From: an uncultured delta proteobacterium
GTDB lineage: Bacteria > Desulfobacterota > Binatia > UBA9968
Direction of reading: 5' to 3'
DNA: 64,000 nt
NCBI GenBank assembly: GCA_963755715.1
Contig: CAVWLW010000052.1
Coordinates: forward strand, 64,001-128,000
This document shows, in pieces, positions 30,692 through 41,895 of the stretch. The translations under genes and the position numbers were made by a program. The notes beneath the pieces were generated by a model. The model did no database searches. It saw nothing but the letters and a program-made list of their open reading frames with translations, and was not told the DNA's origin. How positions within the stretch are numbered: the stretch's first letter is position 1; every line of letters begins with the position of its first letter.

Positions 30692-31669
30692 TCAGCGATT
30701 CTGACCGAGAGCCTTTGACAACAAAGATCGCGCGAAGAATTTCTCAGCGCCGCCGAGTTTTTTCGCCTCCGCTTCGATGTGCGCGGCGACGAAAAGGGCT
30801 TCAATATCTTCCTTGGTGATGCCGATCGAATAAACCGTCGAAAATTGATTGACTACTTTGCGTATAGTCGCGGGGTCGCCGAACTTGTTGCTTTTAATGA
30901 TGTTGGCGGCGACCTTTTCTCTATCGGTTCGAAGAAAATCGAGCCCCCGCTTCATGCCTCTCAGCAGCGCGGTTACGCCGTCGGGGTCGGTTTCCGCTTT
31001 GCGCTTGCTCGACAATATCACAACGAAAGGAAACCCGGAAACCACGTTGCCGATATCGAAGAGCACAGGGAAGCCTTTTTGTTCTAGCTCGATGCGTTCC
31101 ATGAACGAAAATGGCGATGCATGGATCCTGCCGCCTTCTAGAGCTTGGGCACGCGCCGGGCTGTTGCCGACGCCGTACAGTATCTTGTAATCGCGATCGC
31201 GCACGAGTCCCTTTTTTGCGAGTCCTTCGACTGCGGCGTATTCGGCGATGCCGCCGGCGCCGGTGACGCCGACGATCTTGCCCTTTAAGTCGCTCACCTG
31301 CGTGATGCCCTTGGCGCCCATCAGCGTATAATCCATGTAGGGCTGCATGCCGCTGACGATCGTCAGCGGCGCGCCCTGTGCGATCGCTCGCACGGCCGGC
31401 ACGCCGGCGACGATCGTATAGTCGACGTCCCCGCCGACGAGGGCGGCGATGGCCGTCGGCCCGCCGCGAATAAAGATGGTTTTGACTTCGAGGCCCTCGG
31501 CCGCGAAGAAGCCGAAATCGACGCCGACGATCAACGGCAGCGTGCTGTTCAGAGTCGGCGTCTGATAGGCGAAGGTGACGGGCTTGGCCGATGCGAATGG
31601 TGCACCGATCAAGCTAATAAGGGACGCTACAAGTAATAGGATGCGCGAATTGTGTGTCAGAGATTTCAT
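30692..31669 (-). CDS. ABC substrate-binding protein, NMT1/SsuA-like
   Basis: Signal peptide; GFFAAEGLEV, DLKGKIVGV. Confidence 0.87.
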   Translation of the reverse strand: MKSLTHNSRILLLVASLISLIGAPFASAKPVTFAYQTPTLNSTLPLIVGVDFGFFAAEGLEVKTIFIRGGPTAIAALVGGDVDYTIVAGVPAVRAIAQGAPLTIVSGMQPYMDYTLMGAKGITQVSDLKGKIVGVTGAGGIAEYAAVEGLAKKGLVRDRDYKILYGVGNSPARAQALEGGRIHASPFSFMERIELEQKGFPVLFDIGNVVSGFPFVVILSSKRKAETDPDGVTALLRGMKRGLDFLRTDREKVAANIIKSNKFGDPATIRKVVNQFSTVYSIGITKEDIEALFVAAHIEAEAKKLGGAEKFFARSLLSKALGQNR

Positions 31670-31683
31670 TCAGCTCATTTCTT

Positions 31684-32698
31684 CTATAGATCGAGTGTGC
31701 TTTTTGCGAACAGCTCCTCGATTTTCGGTTTCTTGGTGATCAGGCCTTGCTCGTGGGAAAAATCGATCAAGGTTTCGAGCATCTTGCGATTACCTTTAAC
31801 GCCGTACGGATAGGGATCGTTGCCGAACATTTCTTGGGTCATCGTGAGATATTCTTTGCCGAAAAACAGTCCTGAAGGAATGCTGTCCGCCAGCTTGGCG
31901 TTGAAATACGCTTTGGCTTTGACAAAGCCGGTGTAAAGGTTGAACGCGACCCAAGGATATTTTTTGTAAATATCGCCGCGAACTGTGTAGGTGTGATTGA
32001 CCGGCAGAAAACCCCACTTCTGGAAAAAACGCTTTCCCTCAGCCATACGGTCGGTGAAGAGCAACTTCACTTTGCTCCAATCGCCGTCCGACCCGGGAAT
32101 GCGATGCGACCGGCCGATCACGTTGGGCATGTTTTTCCATGGGCTGTTGATGGCCGCCACATCCAATTCACCGTTCACCAGCATCGATGCCAAGCTTTTG
32201 TCCGTTGGTATACGCTGGAACGATATTCCCGCCGGCGGCGTGAAGCCGGTCTGGCCGCCATGGCTGAGCTCTTCGGTGCGCTCCATGTACCAATGCACTT
32301 TATATTGTGAAACGCCGAAGTCGTGTTCGAGAAAGCCGCGTTGCCAGAGCGCCGCGGTTTGCTGATACTCGCCGACGCCGATACGTTTGCCGAGGAGGTC
32401 TTCCGGTTTCTTAATGCCGGCAGTCGGTGTTGTAGGAAAGCTCGGTGTGGAAAAGCCGCCGGCTGGGAAACACCGGCAGCGCGATGATGTCGAAGCCGCG
32501 CTCGCGCGCGATCAAATACGAGGACATCGACATCTCGCCGACTTCGAACTCTTGGAATTTGAGCTGGCGCCAGAACGTTTCCGACGGATGGGAGTAAGTG
32601 GGGACGATTTCGATGCCCTCCGCTTCGACGGCACCTTTCATCAGCGGGTCGACTCTTTCGTTGAACGCGGAGATGAAGCTGAGTCTAAGTTTTGGCAT
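31684..32698 (-). CDS. Pht5-like decarboxylase paralog, frameshift near 32424
   Basis: HPSETFWRQLKFQEFEVGEMSMSS, GEYQQTAALW, PVNH, DPYPYG, SHEQGL. Confidence 0.8.
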
Positions 32699-32757
32699 AG
32701 ATTGTTTTCCTTCCGTCAACGATCAACGCATTCAAACCTGCGCCGGTTCATTTAGGG

Positions 32758-32831
32758 AAAGATCTCTCACTCCGTTCGAGATGACAGATTGCGTATTTTA
32801 TCTGTCATTTCGAGCAAAGCGAGAAATCTTT
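32758..32831. repeat. REP-like family A, inverted pair
   Basis: AAAGATCTCTCACTCCGTTCGAGATGACAGA ... TCTGTCATTTCGAGCAAAGCGAGAAATCTTT. Confidence 0.75.
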
Positions 32832-32856
32832 CTCCCTTTCTAGCGTGGCTTCAAGA

Positions 32857-33867
32857 CTACGTCTCCAGGGTTTCGGCGGCGAACAACTCTTCGATCTTCA
32901 TTTTGCGCGGGGTCAAACCTTGCTCGTGAGAGTAATTGATGATCGTGTCGAGCATCGCTTGGTTGGCTTTCAGTCCGTAAGGAAACGGATCGTCGCCTAG
33001 GATCGATCGGGTCATCGCGAGATACTCCGGAGCGAATTGGAGAGCCTCCGGGATACGCTCCAAAAGAGTTTTCGCCATTTGTTCTTTGGCCGCGCTGAAC
33101 GCCTCGAACAATTTCACGGCGATCCCCGCTTGCTCGCGGTAGACGTCGCCGCGGATGATGTAGGTGTGGTTGACGGGGACAAAGCCGTGGGCGGCGACGA
33201 AGCGCTTGGCTTCGCCGATCTCATCGGGAAACAACGGTTGGACTTTGGACCAATCACCTGAGCCGCGAATGTGCGTCGAGCGGTCAATGACGTTGACGGC
33301 TCGCGAGAGATGGCTGGCGATCGGCGCGACGTCGATTTCATGATTGACGAGCATGGTTGCCATACTCTTGTCCGGTGGTATGCGGTGAAATGAAATGCCG
33401 GGCGGTGGCGTGAAACCGGTGGCGCCGCCGTGGCTCAATTCGTCGGTGCGTTCCATATACCAATGGACTTTGTATTGCGATACGCCGAAGTCGTGCTCCA
33501 AAACGCCGCGCGCCCAGAGCGCCGCGGTTTGCTGATATTCGCCGACGCCGATGCGCTTGCCGTTCAGATCGCCGGGTTCCTTGATACCGGAGTCGACGTG
33601 ATAGGACTGCTCGGCGTGGAAGAAACGCCGGCTCGGAAAAACCGGCAAAGCGATCATGTCGGCGCCGCGCGAACGCGCGATCAAGAAGGACGACATGGAC
33701 ATTTCCGCGACTTGAAATTCCTGAAACTTGAGCTGGCGCCAAAAGGTTTCCGACGGGTGCGAATAGGTCGGGATGATTTCAATCCCGTCGGCTTTGACCG
33801 TTCCGTTCATGAGCGGCTCGACGCGCTCATTGAAATTGGAGACGAAGCTCAAAGTTAAATCGGCCAT
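32857..33867 (-). CDS. Pht5-like decarboxylase paralog (intact)
   Basis: Same motifs as neighbours; start MADLTLSF at 33867. Confidence 0.82.
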   Translation of the reverse strand: MADLTLSFVSNFNERVEPLMNGTVKADGIEIIPTYSHPSETFWRQLKFQEFQVAEMSMSSFLIARSRGADMIALPVFPSRRFFHAEQSYHVDSGIKEPGDLNGKRIGVGEYQQTAALWARGVLEHDFGVSQYKVHWYMERTDELSHGGATGFTPPPGISFHRIPPDKSMATMLVNHEIDVAPIASHLSRAVNVIDRSTHIRGSGDWSKVQPLFPDEIGEAKRFVAAHGFVPVNHTYIIRGDVYREQAGIAVKLFEAFSAAKEQMAKTLLERIPEALQFAPEYLAMTRSILGDDPFPYGLKANQAMLDTIINYSHEQGLTPRKMKIEELFAAETLET

Positions 33868-33901
33868 CCTGGTTTCCTGTATGTCGCGCGGACTGATTGG
33901 G

Positions 33902-34915
33902 TTACAAGCCGAGAGTTTGCTCGGCAAAAAGTTCCTCGGCTTTCATCTGGCGCGGCGTTAATCCTTGCTCATGCGAATAACCGGTGATCGTATCAAGCAT
34001 CGCCTGATTGGCCTTCACGCCATAGGGAAACGGATCGTCTCCGATCATTTCGCGCGTCATCGATAAATAATCGGCTCCGAAGAAAAGCGCGCTAGGAATC
34101 TGCTCCAGCAGTTTCTCTTTCGCGACGGCTTTGGCTTTGACGAACCCGGCGTAAAGGTTAAACGCCACCCAGGGATATTTTTTGTAGATATCGCCGCGAA
34201 TAATGTAAGCGTGATTGACCGGAAGAAAGCCGTGCTTGCTTGTAGAAACGCGTTCCTTCGGCGATGCGGTCGGGAAAGAGCGGCCTTATTTTGCTCCAAT
34301 CGTCTTTTCCCGACGATACGGCTTGAACGATCGAGCGTGTTCGCCTGAAGAACAAATGGGCTGGCGACATGGGCGACGTCCAGTTCGTTGTCGATCAGAG
34401 TCGAAACCAGGCTCTTGTTCGGCGCGATGCGGTTGAACGAGATGCCTGCCGGCGGCTTAAACCCGGTCGCGCTGCCGTGGCTCATCTCTTCGCTGCGTTC
34501 CATGTACCAATGAATCTTATATTGCGACACACCGAAGTCATGTTCCAAGATGCCGCGGATCCATAGCGCCGCGGTTTGCTGATACTCGGCAACGCCGAGT
34601 TTTTTGCCGGCAAGGTCTTCCGGCTTCGTGATGCCGGAGTCTGATGTTGTAGGACAGTTCGGTTTGAAATAGTCGGCGGCTCGGGAAGACCGGCAGCGCG
34701 ACCATGTCCGCGCCCTGGGATTTGGCGATCAGAAAAGACGACATCGACATCTCGGCAACTTCGAATTCGCCGAACTTGAGCTGGCGCCAGAAAGTTTCGG
34801 CCGGATGGGAGTACGTCGGAATTAATTCTATTCCTTCCGCCTTGATCGTTCCGTTCATCAGCGGCTCGACCCGCTCGTTGAAAGCTGAGATGAATCCTAA
34901 AGTGAGTTTCGGCAT
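33902..34915 (-). CDS. Pht5-like decarboxylase paralog (several frameshifts)
   Basis: Pieces in ORFs 34538-34915, 34057-34548, 34158-34370 and 33902-34168 align with the 32857 paralog. Confidence 0.78.
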
Positions 34916-34933
34916 CGCGCTTTCCGGTAATTA

Positions 34934-35620
34934 CTAGAATCCGTCGATCGACCAAATGTCATACAATAATTCCATGCGTCGAAAAGTCGCTTTGTACGTC
35001 TGCTCCTGCAGGGACGGCGAGTGGAGATAGCGGACCGCGATTTCTTCGGCAAGGCTGCTGTGATCTTCATCCGCTTCCGAGTGGACGGTGAAAAAACGAA
35101 CGTCATTGGGGTTCATCTTGTAGTTCTTTATCAAGCCGTTGCCGATCGCCGCAGCCGCCGGACCGAAGGTTCCTTCAGCGCCGATTTGAATCGACATGAC
35201 GACGAACCACGGCAGCGTGTGGATGATCAACTCGACGTAATAGAGATGCGCCGCAGTGGACGGGCGCAGCTCGGCGTTTTCCAATTGCTTCTGGGTTAGG
35301 CCGATGGAGTTTGCGAATCGGATCGCTAACTCGTTGTGCCCGGCGGTGCCAGTGTCCAACCCCCGGGTTTCTTCCTCGACGACACCCCAAAGTTTTTTCG
35401 CGATCTCCGGGTCGGTGCACGCCAAATAACGCAGCATACAGATGCGCGGCACCGCGGCGCGAAACTGGTAGTCTTGAATCGCCCAGGCGCGAATCTGATC
35501 CATGCTCGCCGTGCCGTTGCACACCGCCTTCAAAAACGGATGCTTGATGCGGATTTTGGGAAACGCCTGGATGTCTTTCTTCAATTGCTCGACGAATTCT
35601 GTAGATGCTGGCCATAGCAT
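34934..35620 (-). CDS. Heme-oxygenase-like diiron protein (TenA/PqqC/CADD superfamily)
   Basis: HPFL, EEETRG..GH, GAEG, FFTVHSEADEDH; RBS GAGGAGG. Confidence 0.8.
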   Translation of the reverse strand: MLWPASTEFVEQLKKDIQAFPKIRIKHPFLKAVCNGTASMDQIRAWAIQDYQFRAAVPRICMLRYLACTDPEIAKKLWGVVEEETRGLDTGTAGHNELAIRFANSIGLTQKQLENAELRPSTAAHLYYVELIIHTLPWFVVMSIQIGAEGTFGPAAAAIGNGLIKNYKMNPNDVRFFTVHSEADEDHSSLAEEIAVRYLHSPSLQEQTYKATFRRMELLYDIWSIDGF

Positions 35621-35706
35621 TGTTCCTCCTCAACAAATAGATCGCATGGGGTGATTGGAGTGATGGAGCGTTGTTCACCCCATTAATTAATCACTCCAGT
35701 ACTCCA

Positions 35707-36435
35707 TTACTCCAATTTGGTTTTGTCTCCATTCAACCGGCTGACGTAATACTCCCAGCCGCGCATCGGAAAGCGCTGGTCTTCGTTATAAACTTTCAGT
35801 TCTTCGGCGGTCAGATATTTGGGTTCACCGTGCAGCAGCGCTAGATGATTCCACTCGCCCAGCATCGCGAGCCGGGTTGTGCGCTCGATTACCTGTTCGA
35901 CACTCTCGCCGACCACGGCGTCGCCGTGGGCGCGCAGTAGCACGACCGGTCCCTTGCCGAGCGCGGCGGCGAGCTCATTGCCACGATCCACCGTGCGCAC
36001 TAGGCCCACGCCTTCATACACCGGCGGTCCGTCGGCGGAAAGAAATTTGCCGTAGTGGTGCATGGGCTTGAGCTTGATCGGCAGTACACTGAAAATGGTA
36101 CTCCATTTGGAATGCGTGTGCGCGACGCTGACGATTTCCGGACGCGCTTTCAAAATGCAGGAATGGATCGGCCACTCGTTGGGCGGCGTCTTGGCGCCGT
36201 CGAGGTAATTGCCGTCGAGATCTTGCATGATCAGCCGATCGCGAGTGACGCAGCCGGGGCTGACGTTGGCGATCGTGATGAACGCATCCGCGCCGGGCAC
36301 GCGCACGCTGATATGACCGTAGCCGTCAGTGACTCCTTCATGATCGAGGATGTGGCAGGCGGTCATCAACTTATCCGTCAGTTCTTTCAATTCCGCTGAG
36401 TTGATTTTAGGCACATCTTTTCCGCTGGCAGGCAT
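35707..36435 (-). CDS. Class II aldolase/adducin family protein
   Basis: GHISVR, EWPIH, HTHS, LLRAHG. Confidence 0.88.
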   Translation of the reverse strand: MPASGKDVPKINSAELKELTDKLMTACHILDHEGVTDGYGHISVRVPGADAFITIANVSPGCVTRDRLIMQDLDGNYLDGAKTPPNEWPIHSCILKARPEIVSVAHTHSKWSTIFSVLPIKLKPMHHYGKFLSADGPPVYEGVGLVRTVDRGNELAAALGKGPVVLLRAHGDAVVGESVEQVIERTTRLAMLGEWNHLALLHGEPKYLTAEELKVYNEDQRFPMRGWEYYVSRLNGDKTKLE

Positions 36436-36498
36436 GAAGGCTCCTTAAATAAATCGAATGATCTTTTTTCGCGAATCTATTCGTCAGTCCGCGAGCTG

Positions 36499-37217
36499 TC
36501 AAGAAGAGTAGCGATCGCGAATCCGGCTCAAGTAATATTCCCACGGGCGCGCGGGAAATGCCGGATCACCGGAAAAAGTCGCCAACTCCTCCGCGCTCAT
36601 ATAAAGCGGTTCGCCATGCGCGACGGCCATGTGTGCGAGCTCGCCGATAAAGGCAACCTGGATAGTGCGCTGGATCGCTTCTTCGAGACTTGCGCCAACG
36701 ACCGCATCGCCATGCGCGCGTAGCAAAACTGCCTCGTTGTCTTTTAACGGTCGCGGCCAGCGCTTCGCCCCGTTCGATCGTGCCGATCAAGCCGGCCGCC
36801 GGGTAGATCGGCGGACCCGCGACGGGAAGAAACTTCGCGTACATGTGTATTGGCCGGAGGCCGCCTTTTAATACGCTGAAGAGCGCGCTCCACTTCGAAT
36901 GCGTGTGGCAAACGCTCCTCACGTCGGGACGCGCGCGCATGAATGCGGGCGTGAATCGGCCACTCATAGGGCGAGGCTTTGTCACCGCCGAGATAGTGGC
37001 CGTCCAGATCGAGCATGATCAGTCGATTCACCGTGGCGCAACCCGGGCTCACGCCCGCGATAGTCAGAAACGCATCGGTTCCAGGAATCCGCATGCTCAC
37101 ATGGCCGAAGCTATCGGTGATGCCTTCGCGGTCGAGAATATGACAGCCGTCGACGAGTTTTTGCTTGAGCTCTTTGAGTTCGCTAGAATCAAAACCGGGA
37201 ATATTGGTATTAGCCAT
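36499..37217 (-). CDS. Class II aldolase/adducin paralog (frameshifts ~36945 and ~36742)
   Basis: GHVSMR, EWPIH, CHTHS, LRAHG across three ORFs. Confidence 0.82.
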
Positions 37218-37342
37218 GAAGACTCCTCAAATCAAGTTTCGCAGAGTCGGTTCTATGGGGCGACTATCGCGCTGTCAAGGCGCGTCAGCTTGACAATCGG
37301 CGCGCTGGAAGGTTAATGCCCATGCCATTGGGAGATACCGCC

Positions 37343-38323
37343 ATGATCTTTGCTCTACTGTGGTTGACGCTGTTGTTTTTGCCGGAGCGACTTGCCGCTC
37401 AAGAGAAGTACATCGCCAGCTATGCCGGGTTCGCCGGATTTCAAGCGCCTCTGTGGGCTGCGAAGGATTTCGGTTTCACGGCAAAATACGGCGTGAATAC
37501 TGACTTAGTCATGATCCCCGGTTCGGCGCGGGGCGCGCAAGCTTTGCTCGGTGGCAGCATTCACTTCGGCCAGATCGACGGCACCGCGTTGATCGCCGCG
37601 ATCAATCAGGGCGCGGATCTCGTCTTCGTCGCTTCATCGCTGAACAAATTCCCGTTCAGTTTGGTCGCTCAGAAAAATATTCGACAACCGAAGGATCTCA
37701 TCGGCAAGAAAGTCGGCATGGTAGGCTTCGGCGGAGCGCACGAAGTGTCATTGATCCTGGCGCTGAAGGAATGGAATATTCCGCGTCAATCGGTAACGTT
37801 GCTCGCTAGCGGACCGGCCGCCAACCGTTTGTTGGCACTTTCGAGCGGCGCTCTCGATGCCACGTTGCTCGCGCCGCCAGAGACGGGTGAGGCCGCGCGC
37901 ATGGGGCTGCCGACGCTGGCACACATGACCGAGCTCAAAGCGGCCTACTTTCCCATGAACGCGATCGCCACGCGCCGCTCTTTTCTCGAAAAGAATCGTG
38001 ATGTGATCAAACGATTTCTCCAAGCTTATGCGGAGGGCATCCACCAGTTCATGACCAGCAAGGAAAAAGGCGTCGCGATGCTGACCCAGCGGATGAAGCA
38101 GAAAAACCCGGCGATTGTAGAAGAGACGTATCAATACTTTGCTTCGACGTTTTCCTCTCCTCCGCGCATGTCGCACGAAGGCATGCGCGCCGCCATCGAC
38201 ATGCTCCAGCAACGCTCGCCGGAAACCAAGTTCGACACCAACGTGGGCAAATACGTCGATGAGCGTTTGATGGACGAGTTGGAGAGAGAAGGTTTTTTCA
38301 AGAAGATGGGCGGAAAGAGCTGA
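37343..38323 (+). CDS. ABC substrate-binding protein, NMT1/SsuA-like
   Basis: Signal peptide; PLWAAKDFG, DLIGKKVG. Confidence 0.86.
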   Translation: MIFALLWLTLLFLPERLAAQEKYIASYAGFAGFQAPLWAAKDFGFTAKYGVNTDLVMIPGSARGAQALLGGSIHFGQIDGTALIAAINQGADLVFVASSLNKFPFSLVAQKNIRQPKDLIGKKVGMVGFGGAHEVSLILALKEWNIPRQSVTLLASGPAANRLLALSSGALDATLLAPPETGEAARMGLPTLAHMTELKAAYFPMNAIATRRSFLEKNRDVIKRFLQAYAEGIHQFMTSKEKGVAMLTQRMKQKNPAIVEETYQYFASTFSSPPRMSHEGMRAAIDMLQQRSPETKFDTNVGKYVDERLMDELEREGFFKKMGGKS

Positions 38324-38349
38324 CGAAAGGTTGTTCGATATCTTTCCCA

Positions 38350-38925
38350 ATGTTAGCGAGTGCAACATCTGAATCTTTACTTCACTGTCATCCGGACACT
38401 CCGTGTCCAGCGGTCACGAGCATCAAAGCGACGATAGGCTGGAAACAAGGCCGAGCTCTGACGGTCGTCTATACGCTCAATGGAGCTGTCGATCTCTTGC
38501 GGGTTCCGCCGCGTCAATCGATTCGCAGGACCGATGGCTTGTGGCAACATACCTGCTTCGAGTTATTCATCGCCGCGCAGAACGACGCTGAATATTATGA
38601 GTTCAATTTCTCTCCCTCTGGTGAGTGGGCCGCGTACGGGTTTCGCAATTATCGCGACGGCGGCGCGATCGATAGCGACGACCTCGAGCCAAACATCGCT
38701 GTCCAACAAAGTGCTGAGACGTTAGAGGTGAGCGCCGTTCTTCGCGCGGATCGTTTGTCGGGGATAGCGCCCGAGATTTGTTTATCGCTGGGGCTTTGCG
38801 CCGTGATCGAAGATCTCGACGATTCGCTATCCTACTGGGCGCTCAAACATCCTTTCGGAAAGCCCGACTTTCATCATCCCGATTCTTTTGCTGTTGAACT
38901 TACTGTTCCTGGTTCGAAATCCTGA
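38350..38925 (+). CDS. DOMON-like domain protein
   Basis: DGLWQHTCFELF, YYEFNFSPSGEWAAY, SYWALKHP..PDFH. Confidence 0.82.
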   Translation: MLASATSESLLHCHPDTPCPAVTSIKATIGWKQGRALTVVYTLNGAVDLLRVPPRQSIRRTDGLWQHTCFELFIAAQNDAEYYEFNFSPSGEWAAYGFRNYRDGGAIDSDDLEPNIAVQQSAETLEVSAVLRADRLSGIAPEICLSLGLCAVIEDLDDSLSYWALKHPFGKPDFHHPDSFAVELTVPGSKS

Positions 38926-38946
38926 AAGCGCTTAAAATAGCAAACC

Positions 38947-40152
38947 ATGAAATTCGGAATCGACCGACTCAGAGACGAACCGGCATTACGGAAACCCTTG
39001 GCCGGAAAGCGTGTGGCGTTGCTTGCGCATCCTGCCTCGGTGACGCGGGATCTAGTGCATTCCCTCGATGCGCTGGCTTTGCTGAAAGATATAAAGCTCA
39101 CCGCCGCCTTCGGCCCGCAGCATGGGTTGCGCGGCGACAAGCAGGACAACATGGTCGAGTCGGCAGATTTCCACGACCCGGCGCACGGCATTCCGGTTTT
39201 TAGTCTTTACGGTGAAGTGCGCCGGCCGACGGCGACGATGATGGATAGTTTCGACGTTTTGCTGGTCGATCTCCAAGACGTGGGTTGCCGCGTCTACACG
39301 TTCATCACGACCCTGCGTTACGTTCTCGAAGCAGCGGCGCAGCATAAAAAGGCTGTCTGGGTTCTGGACCGGCCGAACCCCGTTGGGCGCCCGGTCGAAG
39401 GGCTTCGACTTTGCCCTGGCTGGGAAAGTTTCGTCGGCGCCGGGTCATTGCCGATGCGCCACGGCTTGACGCTCGGCGAGCTGGCGAAATGGTTCGTCAC
39501 TACCCTGAAGCTCGATGTGCAATGCGAAGTAGTCAAGATGGAAGGTTGGAATCCCACGAACCCGCCGGGATTTGGCTGGCCGCTCGGCGAGCGGAGTTGG
39601 ATCAATCCGAGTCCTAACGCGGCGAATCTTTGGATGGCGCGCTGCTACGCCGGGACTGTAATGCTGGAAGGCACGACACTCTCCGAAGGGCGCGGCACGA
39701 CGCGGCCGTTGGAATTGTTCGGCGCGCCGGATCTTGAGTCCGGTGCATTATTGAGCAAAATGGAAGCGCTCGCACCCGAGTGGCTGCGCGGCTGCCGCCT
39801 GCGCGAGTGTTGGTTCGAACCGACTTTTCACAAACACGCCGGCAAGCTTTGCGCGGGCATACAGATCCACGTCGACGATCCAGGCTACGATCACGAGAAC
39901 TTTCGGCCATGGCGATTGATCGCGCTGGCGTTAAAGTCGTTGCGAGCTTTGAGACCGGACTACGAGCTCTGGCGCAACTTTGCCTATGAATACGAACGCG
40001 ACCGTCTCGCCATCGACTTGATCAATGGCGGCGAGGTTCTGCGCCAATGGGTCGACGATCCGGCGGCCGTGCCGGTTGACCTCGACAAAATGACGACTTC
40101 AGACGAGAAATCGTGGATCGAAGAGCGAGAGTCGGTGTTGTTGTATCGTTGA
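38947..40152 (+). CDS. DUF1343 / NamZ-family exo-beta-N-acetylmuramidase-like protein
   Basis: FGPQHG, SLYG, DLQDVGCRVYTF, LDRPNP, PSPN, EGRGTTRP. Confidence 0.9.
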   Translation: MKFGIDRLRDEPALRKPLAGKRVALLAHPASVTRDLVHSLDALALLKDIKLTAAFGPQHGLRGDKQDNMVESADFHDPAHGIPVFSLYGEVRRPTATMMDSFDVLLVDLQDVGCRVYTFITTLRYVLEAAAQHKKAVWVLDRPNPVGRPVEGLRLCPGWESFVGAGSLPMRHGLTLGELAKWFVTTLKLDVQCEVVKMEGWNPTNPPGFGWPLGERSWINPSPNAANLWMARCYAGTVMLEGTTLSEGRGTTRPLELFGAPDLESGALLSKMEALAPEWLRGCRLRECWFEPTFHKHAGKLCAGIQIHVDDPGYDHENFRPWRLIALALKSLRALRPDYELWRNFAYEYERDRLAIDLINGGEVLRQWVDDPAAVPVDLDKMTTSDEKSWIEERESVLLYR

Positions 40153-40216
40153 ATTATCAGCGTTCCTATGACGGAAATAAGATCGAATATCGCAATTGCG
40201 ATGGAGGGACGGAAAG

Positions 40217-40768
40217 ATGGCTGATCACGATAGCAACGAAAAATGGTTTGAAGGAAAAAGTTCGCTATTCAAATCGCGCGCCGAACGGGTCAAAGCGGAT
40301 ATCGCCCGGCGCAAAGCCGGCCGGAAGGCGATCAAGGGTGAAGACGTCAAGGTCGAGTGGGAAGAGCAGAACGGCGTGTGGATGGGGCCGCTAGTTTCGC
40401 AGGAGCTTGGATTTCAGAATCGCATCATCGAAGTCGATTGCCACATCTACCCACCGCATTCCCATTCAGTCACACACAAGCACAACGAAGCGATCATCAT
40501 CGTCTTGCGCGGTCAGGGTTACAGCATTCTCGACGACGAGCGCATCGACTGGAAGCCCGGCGACACGCTTTACATCGGCCAAGGCGTGTGGCACCAGCAC
40601 CACATCACGAGCGACGAAGCGGCGATGGTGTTCGCGATCAAGCCGCTACCGATTCAGGAATACATGGGTGAGCTGAATATCGTTTACAAGGGTGACAAAC
40701 CGAAGATCAATCCGAACTACAAGGCGGGCACCTTCTTGGAAGAGTTCGCTAAGATCGGCAAAAAATAA
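40217..40768 (+). CDS. Cupin domain protein
   Basis: HKHNEA...GQGYS...WHQHH; RBS GGAGG. Confidence 0.85.
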   Translation: MADHDSNEKWFEGKSSLFKSRAERVKADIARRKAGRKAIKGEDVKVEWEEQNGVWMGPLVSQELGFQNRIIEVDCHIYPPHSHSVTHKHNEAIIIVLRGQGYSILDDERIDWKPGDTLYIGQGVWHQHHITSDEAAMVFAIKPLPIQEYMGELNIVYKGDKPKINPNYKAGTFLEEFAKIGKK

Positions 40769-40807
40769 GTGCAATTGACGGCCGACCTTATAAAAATACG
40801 AGCTCAC

Positions 40808-41765
40808 GTGAAAAAGACTTTAGTAGTGTTGTCGGTCGTCGCGCTCTTCGAGATCCCGCTCCTTCACGCTGCGGAGAAGGTTCGAATTAGCATGACTGGA
40901 TTTGCCGGACAGTTCATGACTTTTCCTCTGGCGCACCGGCGAGGTTTTCTCAAAGAAGAGGGAATCGAGGCCGAGATCATTCGAATCTCGGCGGCCGCAG
41001 GCAGAGCTGCGCTAGCCAGCGGCGAAGTAGATTATTCGACCGGAATCGGCGGTACGGCGATCGGTGGCGCGCTATCCGGAGTACCGATCAAAGTCGTGGC
41101 CTGCTATGTGCCGGCGCCGGTGCTCGCGCTGGTGGCGCGGCCTGAGTTTAAATCGGTCCAGCAGCTCAAGGGCAAAACCGTCGCGGTTCTCATCTTCGGC
41201 GGTGTCGCGCATTTCGCCGCGCGAGCTATCGCCAAGCACTTCGGTCTCGATCCCGAAAAGGATTTGAAATATCTCGCCGTGGGTCCGCCCGATGCTCGCT
41301 TCGCCGCGCTCAGTCAGGGGTTGGTCGACGCGGCCGTGCTCGGCCCGCCGTTGGATTTTGCGGCGAAGAAGCAAGGCCACAATATTCTCGCTAGAGCCGA
41401 TGAAGTTCTCATCTTCCCCGAAACCGGTTTGGTCGCCGGGGTGAAAAAAATCCAAGACAAGCCGGACGAAATCAAGCGCGTTATCAGAGCTGGGATCAAA
41501 GCCAACCGTTTCATCCGCGCCAATCGCGATGGAACTATCCAATTCTTAATGGAGTGGCTGAAGCTCAATCGAGAGACTCGCCACGGCCACCTATGACAGC
41601 GTGGTCAAGGTTTACGATGAGGATGTCAATATCTGTGAAAAGGGACTGCGCCTCGTGATCGATGAGACCAAGAAGACGATGAAGCTCAACCGTGAAGTTC
41701 CCTTCAGCGAAATTGCCGATCTGTCGATTCTGAGAGAGGCGCAGCGGGAGCTGGGAGGCAAATAG
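40808..41765 (+). CDS. ABC substrate-binding protein, NMT1/SsuA-like, frameshift near 41578
   Basis: GFLKEEGIE, SGEVDY, LKGKTVAV; continuation ends ILREAQRELGGK. Confidence 0.82.
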
Positions 41766-41895
41766 ACGCGCAGATGCCGACGGTAATTATCGGAAAATCG
41801 ATAACGGAGTGCCGCCGTCAAGGTCTGGCGCGGTGCCGCAAGAATCAGGCCCTCGCACATCTGAATCAGGCGGGCGGCGCCGTGACTTTGTGAAT

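Noticed and set aside
34934-35620. Calling the HDO protein PqqC or TenA
   Set aside because: No pqqA/B/D/E or thiamine genes nearby; only the superfamily assignment is supportable.
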